Shown here in pieces: positions 24,601 through 37,245 of a DNA stretch of 64,000 bases (its first letter is position 1; the number at the start of each line of letters is the position of its first letter). The DNA comes from Trichoplax adhaerens (Eukaryota; Animalia; Placozoa). A program made the translations under genes and the position numbers. The stretch lies in the NCBI RefSeq assembly GCF_000150275.1, contig NW_002060944.1:881232-945231 (forward strand), written 5' to 3'. A model generated the notes under the pieces. It saw only the letters and a program-made list of their open reading frames with translations, was not told the origin of the DNA and did no database searches.

Positions 24601-25852
24601 CAATCATCCGAGCCTTGCGGAATCATATAACAACATTGGAGGTGTCTATTATAATCAAGGTACGTATGATAGCGCTCTATCAATGTATAGCAAATCACTC
24701 AACATTACACTGGAAACAACTGGTGACAATCATCTGAGTGTTGCTAACTCATATAACAACATTGGGCTTGTCTATGATACTCAAGGCAAGCATGATAGCG
24801 CTCTATCAATGTATAACAAATCACTCAACATTACACTAGAAACTTTTGGCGACAACCATCCGAGTGTTGCTACGTCATATAACAACATAGGAAGTGTCTA
24901 TAAGAATCAAGGCAAGTATGATGACGCTCTATCGATGTATAACAAATCACTCAAGATTAGACAAGAAACACTTGGCGACAATCATCCGAAAGTTGCCAAG
25001 TCTTATAACAACATTGCGCTTGTCTATAAGAATCAAGGCAAGTACGATGACGCTCTATCAATGTATAACAAATCACTCAAGATTAGACAAGAAACACTTG
25101 GCGATAATCATCCGAGTGTAGCTGAGTCATACAAAGACATCGCGCTTGTCTATAACAATCAAGGCAAGTATGACGACGCTCTATCAATGTATAACAAATC
25201 ACTCAAGATTAGACAAGAAACACTAGGTGAAAATCATCCAAATCTTGCCAACTCTTATAACAGCATTGCGCTCGTCTATGATCATCAAGGCAAGTATGAC
25301 GACGCTCTATCGATGTATAACAAATCACTCGACATTAGACTAGTAACTTATGGTAACAATCATTCGAGCGTTGCCGACTCATATAATAATATTGCAACTG
25401 TCTATTGGAATCAAGGCAAGTATAATGACGCTCTAACATCGTATAACGAATCATTCAAGATAAGACTAGCGACACTTGGTGACAATCATCCGAGTGTTGC
25501 CGACTCGTATAACAACATTGGTGGTGTCTATTGGAATCAAGGCAAGCATGACGACGCTCTACCAATGTTTAACAAATCACTCGAGATTAGACTAAAAACA
25601 CTTGGCGATAATCATCCGAGCGTTGCCGACTCATATAACAACATTGCAAGTGTCTATCATCATCAAGGCAAGTATGATGAGGCTCTATCAATGTATAACA
25701 AATCACTCAAGATTAGACTAGAAACTCATGGCGACAATCATCCGAGCCTTGCGGAATCATATAACAACATTGGACTTGTTTATGATAATCAAGGCAAGCA
25801 TGATGACGCTCTATCAATGTATAACAAATCACTCAAGTGTAATGAAGGTTAA
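21683..25852 (+). CDS. TPR-repeat protein 3, 1389 aa, about 30 42-aa repeats; truncated mid-repeat
   Basis: 4.17-kb ORF with 126-nt periodicity; N-terminus paralogous to genes 1 and 2; ends 'NKSLK-CNEG*' without the cap. Confidence 0.88.
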   Translation: MDNLSMTIRNKIESLHRKGRKYQNRQRYKRAIYCYRKVIIQIKSILKGNNNAHQLEYNVRLDLADCYREKYQWIKAREWVSKAKKLAKQLQDEVKIAMCLDRRGEIKRLEGNWSSALANFKYSLDLKLKSLGSENIDVSDSYNNIGAVYTNQGKYGKALAMYNKSVEINSKIKGENDAGVATLYNNIGSVYDNQGKYDDALSMYNESLKIRVVRLGDNHLHVTDSYNNIALVYDHQGKYDDALSMYNKSLKIRLKTLGDNHPSVAESYNNIALVYKNQGKYDDALSMYNKSLKIRLEILGENHPSLATSYNNIGGVYDSQGKYDDALSMYNKSLDIRLVTYGNNHPSVADSYNNIATVYWNQGKYNDALTTYNESFKIRLATLGDNHSSVADSYNNIGGVYWNQGKHDDALPMFNKSLEIRLKTLGDNHPSVADSYNNIASVYHHQGKYDEALSMYNKSLKIRLETHGDNHPSLAESYNNIGGVYYNQGTYDSALSMYSKSLNITLETTGDNHLSVANSYNNIGLVYDTQGKHDSALSMYNKSLNITLETFGDNHPSVATSYNNIGSVYKNQGKYDDALTMYNKSLKIRQETLGDNHPSVAKSYNNIALVYKNQGKYDDALSMYNKSLKIRQETLGDNHPSVAESYKDIALVYENQGKYDNALSMYSKSLKITLEILGDNHPSVADSYSKIATVYDHQGKYDDALSMYNESLKIRVVRLGDNHLHVTDSYNNIALVYDHQGKYDDALSMYNKSLEIRLKTLGDNHPSVAESYNNIALVYKNQGKYDDALSMYNKSLKIRLEILGENHPSLATSYNNIGGVYDSQGKYDDALSMYNKSLDIRLVTYGNNHPSVADSYNNIATVYWNQGKYNDALTTYNESFKIRLATLGDNHSSVADSYNNIGGVYWNQGKHDDALPMFNKSLEIRLKTLGDNHPSVADSYNNIASVYHHQGKYDEALSMYNKSLKIRLETHGDNHPSLAESYNNIGGVYYNQGTYDSALSMYSKSLNITLETTGDNHLSVANSYNNIGLVYDTQGKHDSALSMYNKSLNITLETFGDNHPSVATSYNNIGSVYKNQGKYDDALSMYNKSLKIRQETLGDNHPKVAKSYNNIALVYKNQGKYDDALSMYNKSLKIRQETLGDNHPSVAESYKDIALVYNNQGKYDDALSMYNKSLKIRQETLGENHPNLANSYNSIALVYDHQGKYDDALSMYNKSLDIRLVTYGNNHSSVADSYNNIATVYWNQGKYNDALTSYNESFKIRLATLGDNHPSVADSYNNIGGVYWNQGKHDDALPMFNKSLEIRLKTLGDNHPSVADSYNNIASVYHHQGKYDEALSMYNKSLKIRLETHGDNHPSLAESYNNIGLVYDNQGKHDDALSMYNKSLKCNEG

Positions 25853-26600
25853 TTTTTAGAATTTTCCTTCAAATTCTTGTATTGTAATTATTCTAGCTTT
25901 AAAAATATGACTTATTTGGTTGATTATAATGGTAGATTTTACTTAGTATCTTAGTAAATTGTAAACCCGACTGCTTTATTCGGGTTAGAAGTTGCGATAA
26001 TCCGTAGCATAATTTTTAAGAATCAGATATTATGATTTTTTAATTCAAGCGATGTATTTAGTTAATAGAATATATGTGTGCTAATTTTGATCATTAATTA
26101 TAGTAGAAGTTAATGTTACTTTGTAATTTCATACAGTATGAAGCCAAAACATTTGATCTGGGATTATTGTTTTTTTCTTAGTGTATGCTGTAGAAATGTA
26201 CAGTTTTAAGCTAAACCATACTTAGTATTAATTTAGTAATTTTCGGTAGTCTAGGGTATAATTTATCTTATCATGTGTGTTTGATTGCTAGTTTAATTTT
26301 GAGTTCTTAAGAATCATAGCTGGATAGTCTAATACCACCACTGCTCTTCGTAGCATATAAATGGTGGCGTAGTTCGGTAATTGAGAGCGGTTGAAGTTAG
26401 AGAAGACAAAAATAGTCTAGGATAGTCGTGAGTTATCTCATTAATTGATAGTTTAGTTGGTTGAGGCAGTAGTTCTACCCGTATTTTATTACTCATTTAA
26501 GAAGTTTTGCTAAATTACGGGTAATGTAAGAAATCGTACACCAGGTCAATGAGGAATCTGCCCTAATTGGCAACGTGTTTCCGAATTTTCACCTGAGGTT
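25838..26600. mobile_element. Unrelated sequence (possible LTR-derived insertion) that breaks TPR gene 3; right boundary unknown
   Basis: Abrupt switch from repeat consensus to 'TGTAATGAAGG'; the family 3' flank is absent downstream. Confidence 0.35.
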
Positions 26601-28503
26601 CCAGGACTTATCAAGGCTCAGTGTGAGAGCAATTTTGGCCGACAAAAACGTCACAGTCAACAGCTTTGATACTAGAAATGTGGTATTCCAAGAGGCATTG
26701 CAATGAACTACAATTTGCTCTTACTTTACTGATTATAAAGCTACACACTTTAATTATTATCATTATTATCCGTACGACATCAATTTTTTTTAAAGTAAGT
26801 TATGATATCATGTCTACTATTGTCATTATTATCCGCGCGACAAGAAATCTTTTAAAAAAAAGTTGTAATTTATTTGCAAGATGTAGGAGATATGTATATA
26901 TTTTACATATATCATTATTACCTATGCAATAAGAATAAAGTTTTAAAGATAAGTTATAATTTATGTGTTTTCAAAGCTTGGAATTTAAGTATTGCAACAC
27001 ACCTTTTTTGAAGTAAATTGTAATTTATTTTCAAGACAAGATATGTACATGTATTATTTCGCATATATTTATATGCAATATAAAATTCGATAAAACGATA
27101 CCTGATTGTAGGTGAAACTGCACATACTATTTCATAGAAATTACACGGCTAATAAAATGGTATGGATGATATAACTAGATCATAAAGTGCAGATTTTGGT
27201 GCGTATCTAGGCGAATGCCAGAAATATCATGTTTCAGCGCTTGACGTTGCTCAAATTTATAGTACTTTAATATGCTAAATTACATGTACAAATTTCTTTG
27301 TTCAGTCAATAAACTTTGAATGTTTTGTGCGCAAAAGTAAAGTACACCACGAAGCTTCTTTAAAATTTCAGCTATAATACTCAGCTGTATAGATTGTGCA
27401 TGTAAATGCTATTTATATATTTTAGTGCCAAGTACCGTAGTAGATTCACATATTTTAGGCTGAAAGGCTAGGATTACACTGGCTAGTAATAAAATAAGAA
27501 AATGAAATGTGGAACTATTATTGCTTCGTATATAAGATTGAATATTTATACTAAATATCCTTAAACTCTAAGATATAATAAAGAAAAGAAGGAAACTTAA
27601 GCTAATTCCGAACGATATTTACAAACATGTTTATTAAAGTGATGCCGCAGCAGAAAGATAAAAGAAAAGCAGAATATCGCCAAACTCAAACTAGAGAAGT
27701 TAGAAGTAGTTGTAAGCTGTTATAATACATAGTAACCCTATATTCCCTGTTATATGTATAACTTTAATAAAGCTATTTTAACTACTTTAGCTGTTGGCAT
27801 ATCCGTTCTTGTGTACCTGAGAGAAGTGGATAGAAGAGAACACTATTACAGCTCGTTAACATAGTACACTAGATAAAGAAAGAATTCAAGTAGCACTTAA
27901 TTGCCCGCTACCCACTTTACACCCATACTTGTTTACTCTTGGGCTCAACTATAGAGAAAATATCTCATTATAAATTTGCTTGAATTTGCAAACACTCCGT
28001 GTGCATCTCTTTTTTGATACCCGTACAGGGACTGTACATAGCATGAGTCGAATAGATTCAATAGGACATCAGTTGACCACAACTTATATATTAAACAATA
28101 TATATAAGAACAAATGGATCGATAAATTAATGGATTCTTTAATATAATCACTAGGCTATTTTTGTTGAATAGGATAATCCACGTAAATCAGCACAGCCTA
28201 GCGGTGGCTAATTACAATGAGAACTCCTTTCAGTGCTATCGCTTATGCTTAGACTGCTACATATATACCTCGATAATTAAAAGTACGAGCGCAACAATTA
28301 ATATGTGGTAGTAAATCTTCCAGAATAGTCAATAATCTTCTTGTAATCATAGCATGTCAAAAAAAGCTAGCGGAAAGTCTTTCCATTGTCTCAAAGGATG
28401 ATAATTTTCAAACGAAAGTATGAATTCATACGATGTGATGTCTGATCATCATATTTATCCGTAGTATTTTTAGACGAAATTTTTCGCCTCGAAAGGGGAA
28501 TAC

Positions 28504-31180
28504 CTAAGAGTTAACAATTCGAATCCACTTTCCTTGGTGACAGCGGTAACGACGCGGTATACCGTTAGGAAATAATGTATCGCTCCTAGGAGAACTCAGC
28601 ATAAATAGTAAGATTTCCTTGGCTTTATCAACAAAGTAGCTTGGTTCAACTTTTGGAGAAGTTGACATATTCTGAAAAGTCAATATGCCGTTAGAAAAGC
28701 GTCATATGGTTACAAATGCTAATTAATCGACGAAGAATTCAGTCTATATCATTTACCTTTAAAAATTCTTGATCCGACATTCTCAAGTAATAAATATACA
28801 TTTCCTTTCGATATTGTCTATAGGCGAACGGTTTAATATGAACTTCACATGTTGCAGTATCATATAGGTTAGTCATCTATCGAGAGATACCAACGATATC
28901 AGTACAATACAAGATATTGTAAACAATTGTAGAAATATATGTCTATTTAAAATTACTTTGTTGCAATATCCCCAAGAAAGTCGGCTGTGGCGAATAATCT
29001 CGTCTGGACCTTTGTCGCTAAATGAAGCCCAGCTTATTACACCGCTTTGTATATCAATACCTATCAACGTCATCCATAATACGGAAGAAAAAATTACAGA
29101 GCCTATGAGTTGACATACTTTCTTCTTTATTATCAAATAGTATAACATTTTTATAAGCATTTCATAAGCTAGATAAGTACGCCCATGAGGTAAAAAATCA
29201 CCATACCAGCACCATAAATTATAGGCATATGTTCACCATCATCTCGAACGGTATCATTAATTTCTACGTAGAAAAAGTTACATTTTATGTTGATCATTAT
29301 AACGGGAAATAATCATGCCGTATATCGACGCGAAAATAATTACATATTTAATACGATTTGCTGTAACCGAACATTTAGCAGACCAATATGTAAAGAATAA
29401 CATTTATACCTCCAAAGCAGGGAGTAACAAGGTGTAGATCAAATGCAGATGATGCTAAAGCACCTAGTTGTAGATGGGAATAAAAATGATTTCAGAAATG
29501 AAAGCCAGTGATTTGACCGTGAATGAATATTTCCATTTTTGTTTTCTAGACAAGTCAACGTCAATTTTCACATTTTTAAACATACGCACCAATAATTTCC
29601 AAAGATAACTGTAGAGATAGACCCTTACTATCTTTAAATCCACCAATAATATGAATTTCAAGTCTGCATAAATTCGAAAGGAATGATATTAAACTACATT
29701 GTAGCGAAGAAAAGCAGGTAGTAGCCAACATGATGGAAGCTCTAATTATTTATTGTTTTATAAACTTTATGTAGTAGATAAATCAACCTAGCTGTAGCCT
29801 TTATTGCAAGATAGTTAATGGATGATTACAAAATACGATACCGTCCGGAGATGTTCGATTTGTCAGCATATACTTGAATTGTAGCGATCATTCTGTTAAG
29901 ACTATCCCCAACATTTGTACCATCAAAGTGCCCTAGGGCCGTTGTACCACATCCTAAAATTAGACAAGATTGATGGCCATAATCCGATCAATTCTATACT
30001 CATATTTTACTGTTCATTCTCTTTTCTCTAAAATAGTATATATTTACTGGAACACTACGCAGTATGTAAGATCAAATAAAGCTATTAAGATGATTACTAT
30101 TGGGTATTGACTATCATCAAACAATCGCTGTTTATTATACAATTCAAGTAAGGGCAATGATGTACATACAATACGTCATCGTCAAACATTGGATATGAAT
30201 AAATATATCTTTGCACAGATATTTTTAGGTAAATATTACCTGTATGTCTGATGATGACTATATGACAAGTAGTTGCATCTTCTGAACCCATAATTTGGAC
30301 ATTATCTAATGTTAACAGTAAGTATAAAACAAGATTCAGTTCATTTATTCTTCTTAATCGTGCAGATACAGTATATTTCTCGTATAAACTACGCAAACTC
30401 TATTCTAATCAAGTTATCAGATGCATCATCCATCAATATTATCAAAAAGTCTATCGGAATAATTGGACTTTATAAACTACTTCCGATGAGATGATATCAC
30501 CAGTCTTTCTAATATCCATTGGAGTGTAAAATGGTCATGTCCTAGCCTAGCATACTCACCATCCGAGAATTGGACTACTGCATATTCCCTTTGAGCAACG
30601 TATAACACCTTGCCGGAATGGAAATTTCTCTTTCCACTATCAATTAAATACTGTGATGATTTCTATCCAAAAGATAACATTACAGCATGTTCAGACGCAG
30701 TACTTACAATTGATCAAGCTAACAAGCTACAATGCCTATTGAGCTAATCCTAAGGGAAGATTAGAAATATACATCATACTCGCATCTAGAGTATACTAGA
30801 CTATCTAAAAAGACTGAACACAACATGCCAGCGTTGCATAACCATGGACTACTGGAAGAAGGCTTCTAGTAGTCCATGACATAATCTCTAGTGTTGCTCC
30901 TTGGGATAGGATTGCAATGTTTACGTAGGCTTATACAGGTAAATATCCCTGTAATGAAGACGACGACATACAGCATCAAAATAAGCAAACCTTAAATTCT
31001 TCTTTGAAACCGTTGAGAGTGTTCGCATCAGGAGTGATTTCTATAGGTCTTGATTGGAAGAAGAGAGGCATCTTTACTTCTCATAGCGAAAGCTGCACCC
31101 TATTTCCTACATGATCCTCTGCAATCCTACCCTGCGATATTATGACGACTGGCTTGTAAATAAGTTAAAATACTGTCTTC
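28504..31180 (-). CDS. NTAN1: Protein N-terminal asparagine amidohydrolase (N-degron pathway); at least 11 exons, 5' end uncertain
   Basis: Hand-spliced GT-AG exons give VLYVAQREYAVV / IMGSEDATTCHIVIIRHTG / TALGHFDG / RLEIHIIGGFKD / PIIYG / FSDKGPDE / MSTSPKVEP..F, matching NTAN1 motifs; stop at 28504-28506. Confidence 0.9.
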
Positions 31181-34100
31181 TACAGTGCACAAAATGGAAT
31201 AATGGCTTAGAATTAAGCTCCAGTATAGACATGTAAACGATTATTCGCGTTGTAATACTAAAAATGGCCTCCAATTTCCGGTTCCGTCTTGACCCACCCC
31301 GCAATGATTGAAAAGGAAATGGAAAAGTTCTTGTACTCAGTTGATAAATATTTTGTATGCCATTACAGCTACCGTTGAAGACAGTACCGTACCGTAGACT
31401 ACACGAAGAAAACCACGATGGGAACAGCTCTTGGACAGACGGACAACGCAGGCTGTTGATCGTCTAAAAAATGTTCCAAACACTTGCATTCGTTATTACT
31501 TTAATATGCGGTTGCTTGATTCTGTAAGTATAATTAACTTTCTTTTTCTCCATTGCAGCCATGGTATATGGAAAGCAGTTGGTTCAAGCTCATCAATTGC
31601 TTTTAAATTAATAGCAGTGGATAAGAAAATAGACTCAGAAGGTCCATAGTAAGCAATAACTGTATCTTTCGACGTTTTAACCTCAACTTTTAAGAAAAAT
31701 CCGTCCTAATTACTACACTATACTACTTTATGAGCTGTTTGCATAGCAGTCAAAGCTCCAAAACTACAACAGTCACTATGCAAAAGTTGGGCACTTTTAC
31801 GAAGCTAGAGTGCTTCCATCAATTCTTCAGCGTGTCACGATCAACTTGCACAAGAAGTCAGGATCAATTAATTGATTATTGACGAAATGAAAATTAAAAT
31901 CTGAATGTACGTTCACACTTTGCGTAGCTATTCTAACCAATCTGTGATTTACAGCATTGGTCATTCAAAATGATTACACTTGAGTTTGGTCAGCCTGGAT
32001 TTGGCAGCATACTCTTGCATCGAGCTGCAATTTTAATATAGTGCAACACTAGATGAGTTCACATTTCGCTTGGAACTATCCTTGAATCGTGCACGCATGA
32101 CATCCGATGGATGGAAGACTAGCAGGATCCAGATTATGGGTAGTCATTCAAAGCTTCAATACGAAAAGTCGGACAAGCAGATTCTCTAGTTAAGGACTAC
32201 AGTACTCAAGAATGGCAATGGTTTTTATACCTTCGGCGGAAGCGGCTAAACGCGTGCTCAACTTGTACTAGACCTCAGGGCAACATCAGAAAGTCCAAAT
32301 TAGTCTACTATGTATTTTGCAGGTTGGATAAGTAGATAATTAATTGCATGTATTGGATGATATTGCGCTTTTCGTGTCTGATGTTTGCCATAGTAAATAC
32401 GAATACTCGTACAGTACTGCGTCTCGATGGCAAGTGACTTTGCAACACAAATCAGAAATCCTAATGCTATCCCAATAAGATCGTATAATCGTATAATAAG
32501 ATAGGCTTGCATTTGCGTGTATTTATTCCTGATACCCTACAGATTACAAGATGCAATTTACTAATAGTTCACAAAAATCTCTACGACTACTGTTAAGTTC
32601 ATGTATCACGTTGTTTCTAGATGAGTTTCGTACTGAAATTACTCGTCGGTAACGTCTATTTATTATTATAACTCAGTCAATGGCTTCAGATTTTAAATTG
32701 ACAATCTTATCCTGTTTTTTTACTACAACTACGAGTAGAGATGTTACCAGTTAAAGTAACTAAATTGGAGTTCTGTGATTATGCAGTATCGTAAACAGTC
32801 AACATTTTTTGCTTTTGCTAGCAAGACACTTTGACAATATACGAGGATTTTTATCATTTACTAAGAGCGATTACAATGGTCATTTATGGAAGAGATGGCA
32901 ACTTTGGATATGTTTTGGTATCAATATCGGACTAAACAGTATTAAACTTTGATATCAGCTGTACTATATTGTGAATAATTGAAGGTTACAAGATTGTATT
33001 CTGGCAAGCTTTCAAAGGTAAAATTTATTTATTGTACGCAGTAGATGACATCGATGTAGTGGATATGTTGCTCTATGTGATCGTAATAGCAACGTTGTAG
33101 AGTACTGTGTCATAGTTGTATAATTAATTCATTATGGTATACGATTATTATATGATGATTAACTGCCTGAACAACGTAATACAACAGCTTAATTTTTCGT
33201 TCGAATATTTTAGATGTAGAGTACACTAGTAATATTGAGGCTGTCAAGACATCGACTAATATAAAAGATATCTTAATGTAACGTACCTAAGAATTATAAT
33301 TTAGCAACGCAACTATCAGGTGCATGCATTACATAGATATGAATGCAATGCGTATAAGTTGCGGACATTTATATATCTTTCATAAATATTATCGACATGT
33401 ATCAATGCGTAACAGTATAGGATTGAATAAATTTTAAACTTACGACGTGTTAACAATCTATGAACAGAGATATTATGTAGCTATTTGCTAGTCAGGATAT
33501 TCAATTACTTCAACCAAACTGGTAACTATAGTTGAATCGAATCTTGTTCAGGTAATTATTTAAAGCTATGATAATGTAATACTCGTATATTCCGTAATTG
33601 ACTGATTTTCCATTCTATTTTACTCAATCATTTCACTTTTACTTTTTATCTTTCTATATAGGCATTCACAGCAATTCCAAGCCTAACTCAATAAGTGGCA
33701 TTGTTATGATTACGCTGGACTAAGGCAATTATGATGTTTCGATGCCTCTGTACTGCGATACATCTGTATCTGTCGAAAGTATTATTACTAGTGCAATGAA
33801 TGCATAGCCAACAAAACGTATACGTTGAAAAGGTTTTGCATTTCTATTTGTTAGACCAACTGTATGGATTAGTTTTATGCATTTAGGATAGTTATTAAAG
33901 TATTATACGTTGATTACTATTCTTACGCAGTAAATAACTACTTGTAAAACTTTTGTCAAAATTGTAAGGCAAAAGGGTCCTATTTGCTATAAGGATAGTT
34001 GACAAGGTTATCAGTTATTTATTGTTGTGGTCACTATTCTAGTTTATTGGCTTGAATGAGATTAGCAACTCAATTAGGTAGATACGTAGATTTAAAAGAT

Positions 34101-34514
34101 ACGCTTCCAGCGCAGAAAATCATAGTTTCAATTTGACAATCTTAAAAATATGTATCACATATAACTAGTATAAACTTTTATACAACCGTGATGTTATCGT
34201 CAAATATAGTAATGTATTAGCTAAGTTATCTGGTCTATGGCATCTCGATAACATAAATAAACAGCTTATCACCTATTTTAAATGAAGCATATCATCTTAA
34301 AAAGCTAGTCATACATTGATAGAAGATGAATTTTAAGATCTTAAAATTGCCATCTTTTACATGTTTCAGTGACTACAAGAAGTTGAATCTATTTACAGCC
34401 ACGTTACCGTTTATAAAGTACCAATCATTGTGCATCATAGAGCATAGCTATCTGTGGAAGATCTGTAATTTTATTATGATAAAATAGAAATATCTTCCTA
34501 GACGGCAATAAAAT

Positions 34515-36016
34515 TCAACTTGTTGGTAAATGACTTTGATCAAAATCCTTAGATTCAAAGAATGTATAAGATAAAGTAATGGTATCTATTCTAGCTAAAG
34601 CTGGATCATTCATAATTTCTGGATCAATATAAAAAAACACTGGCATATCCACCTATGAATTGAAAATATGAAATTGTTATTGAAATCGTAATGCATAGCG
34701 GTACAAACGCTTTCATAGCGTAGCAATAACGAAATGTCAGCATAAAGCATACAATTTACCTCTTCGTGTGGATTTAGCCTTTGTTCTTCAAAGCAGAAGC
34801 ACTAATTTATGATGTAGCATCGTTATCGTTAGGAAATGATTGCATACTACTATTCAAGTTGAATCGATATGGCATTCATTATAAAATTATAAAAGTCGTT
34901 ACCTGAACTTTATTGAAGTAGAGGCCAGCTTCAAAAGGGATAACATTATAAGTTGAAATTCCTATGATTGGTTCATCGGTTGGATTTTTAGCTGCATAAA
35001 ATGCTAATGCAGTCTCTCCAGGAATCAACTTGAGTTGCGTACGTGGTGCCATACAAATAGAAAAATGATTCATGATTGGACTGCTCATACGATTAGGGTG
35101 TATGTATGTATGCAATTGTAATAAGACCATATTAAGCTTGTACTTCAGAACTATCCCTCATGACCAAAAATTACCTGAATTTCTTTTTGCTTGGGTCTAA
35201 AATTCCATCTCATTGTAGCTCCTGTATCCGCATTAAAGCGAATAGTCAGAGGTCGTTCCGGTACAGCTTCCATTTCAGCGATCTTCTCTGGATCAATGAC
35301 ACGAGAGGTCGTGCCACCGAATCCGGAAGCCTGTTTTGGTTCATTTCAATCATAAAGTCAATTCCTGTATGCTTATATAGCCTACGTCATCATCCATGCT
35401 ATATGAATTTCAATTTGCTATGTGCTCTTGCTTTTAATTCACAAGTTGTAAGATATCCATGATACAGCTTAGAGAAGTAAAATTATGCACTTTCATTTGA
35501 CTTTTACCAACATCTATCACTATTAATTAACATCAGATTCGAATTGAGCAATTAGTACACAAGTATGCCAAGTATTTAAGAATGCTAATCACGTACCTGA
35601 CAAAATACTCTGTATAGTGGCACAGCTGCGTAGGATAATCCAATCACTGCAATTGCCAATGCTATCACATAGATCATGGTAGTCCTATTTTTGCCCTTGC
35701 TACCAGGTTGAATACTATTAGCATTGCTACGTTGTGAACATGCTCTCCGTTGATAAGACATGAACCAGTTACCACGAGACTGGTATAGAGGAGAAAATTG
35801 ATTGAGGATGGTTAAATTCTTTGCAGTCAGCTGATGACATGCTTTGGAGTAGCTACACCATTGGCGCTGCTGCATTCCAGGTACTAAATTGGACCATTTT
35901 CTAGATGAATATTGGTTGATTGTTTGAATCAGTCTGGGATAGACAATAATTTGAGAATAGTATTGATTTGCATAACTGTTTATTCTTCTGTAGACAAGAA
36001 AAGCAATGGATGACAT
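34515..36016 (-). CDS. COX11: Cytochrome c oxidase copper chaperone COX11, 5 exons (about 36016-35597, 35330-35175, 35028-34903, 34801-34760, 34652-34515)
   Basis: SYAAVPLYRVFCQ, IRFNAD..MRWNFRP, PGETALAFY, CFCFEEQRL, VDMPVFFYIDP motifs. Confidence 0.95.
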
Positions 36017-36749
36017 GGTCAACTACTAGTACAACATTGAAAATGTTGGATTAGAGCTCTAGCGAAACATTTGGAGGCCTGCTTGGCAGTCGAGTTGGCC
36101 TGGAAACAGCCGAATTGATATCGAGGAGCGTCCGCAGGGTTGTTCTCTGTCCGTCTGGTGTACAGTATCCAAAAAAAAATAAAATACAGTAGTAGGTTGT
36201 AACTAAAATTCTATCCAGTACAGTATCGTATAGACCGTGTACTGTAGTTTGCGTGCAATCATAGCCTTCTGCCATCTTTTTGGGACTCTGGTCACTTTGC
36301 TATCCAATCCTAAGCTCAAATGCTCAAGCCTCAAAGGCTCTCTTTTCGAGCTTGGTGCAACAGTACGGAACTTCGATATCATATGGTTACAAAATGAGAT
36401 TTTGGTTGGTTATGCTGCTACAGTTTGTATATTATATAAGCTCACTATGACTTTAACTTATTCTGTTTGACTTTAGTAGCACAGTCCCTTTTAGGCATCC
36501 AATATTTGCAGTATGGAAGTCTATAGAAAGGGAGTTTGGAAAACGTAAACACAGATCTAGCACATCTTGACCGCAGAGTTTCAAAATAATGTGTCAAGAA
36601 GTTTCATCGTAGCTAATTGAGTATTATTTATTTTGATAAAATAATATGATGAATTTGGCTCGATATCATTTCACTTTATTCGACGCCAACTTGGCTCTCT
36701 ACTATGCAACATATCGAGTGTTGAAAGACTTTCGTCTCGAGATGACAGA

Positions 36750-37035
36750 ACAGTACAGTATATCGCAGTGATGGACTGGTTAATGCATCGATGTCCAATG
36801 TCATTTTAAACTGCAATACTAAACCGTGTGTCCACCATGCTATCGTTTACATACAGACGGTAAGAATAGCTGTTTTATTACGATGGCCCCAAAGTAGTAC
36901 AGTACAGTATAAGGCAGCGATGGACTAGTTCATGCATCGATGTCCAATGCCATTTTTTTAAACTGCAATACTAAACCGTGTGTCCACCATGCTATGGTTT
37001 GCACACAGACTGTGTTTTAGTATAATGGCCCCAAC
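36750..37035 (+). repeat. Tandem duplication of a ~150-bp unit in the COX11-ACO2 intergenic region
   Basis: 'atgcatcgatgtccaatg...aaactgcaatactaaaccgtgtgtccaccatgctat' occurs twice. Confidence 0.9.
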
Positions 37036-37245
37036 GTTTCTGTAGAGAAGCGAGCGCTCTCTAGCACCAATGTCATCCTCCTGAGTAGAACATGCTACTC
37101 CCATACTGTAAGCGTCTCTAATAATGTGGACATTGGACAGCAAGATTAATCTGGCGTAATACTCCATGAAGCATTGCGAAATATTGCAAGACTGCATCAT
37201 AGTGGATAGAGCAGCCAAGCTAAAAATAGACAAGAAAGCGTTAGC

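Noticed and set aside
31430-34400. Plus-strand gene divergent from NTAN1
   Set aside because: Some splice-like signals (about 31526, 31558, 33552, 33661) but no consistent reading frame; could be non-coding, but this is not supportable from sequence alone
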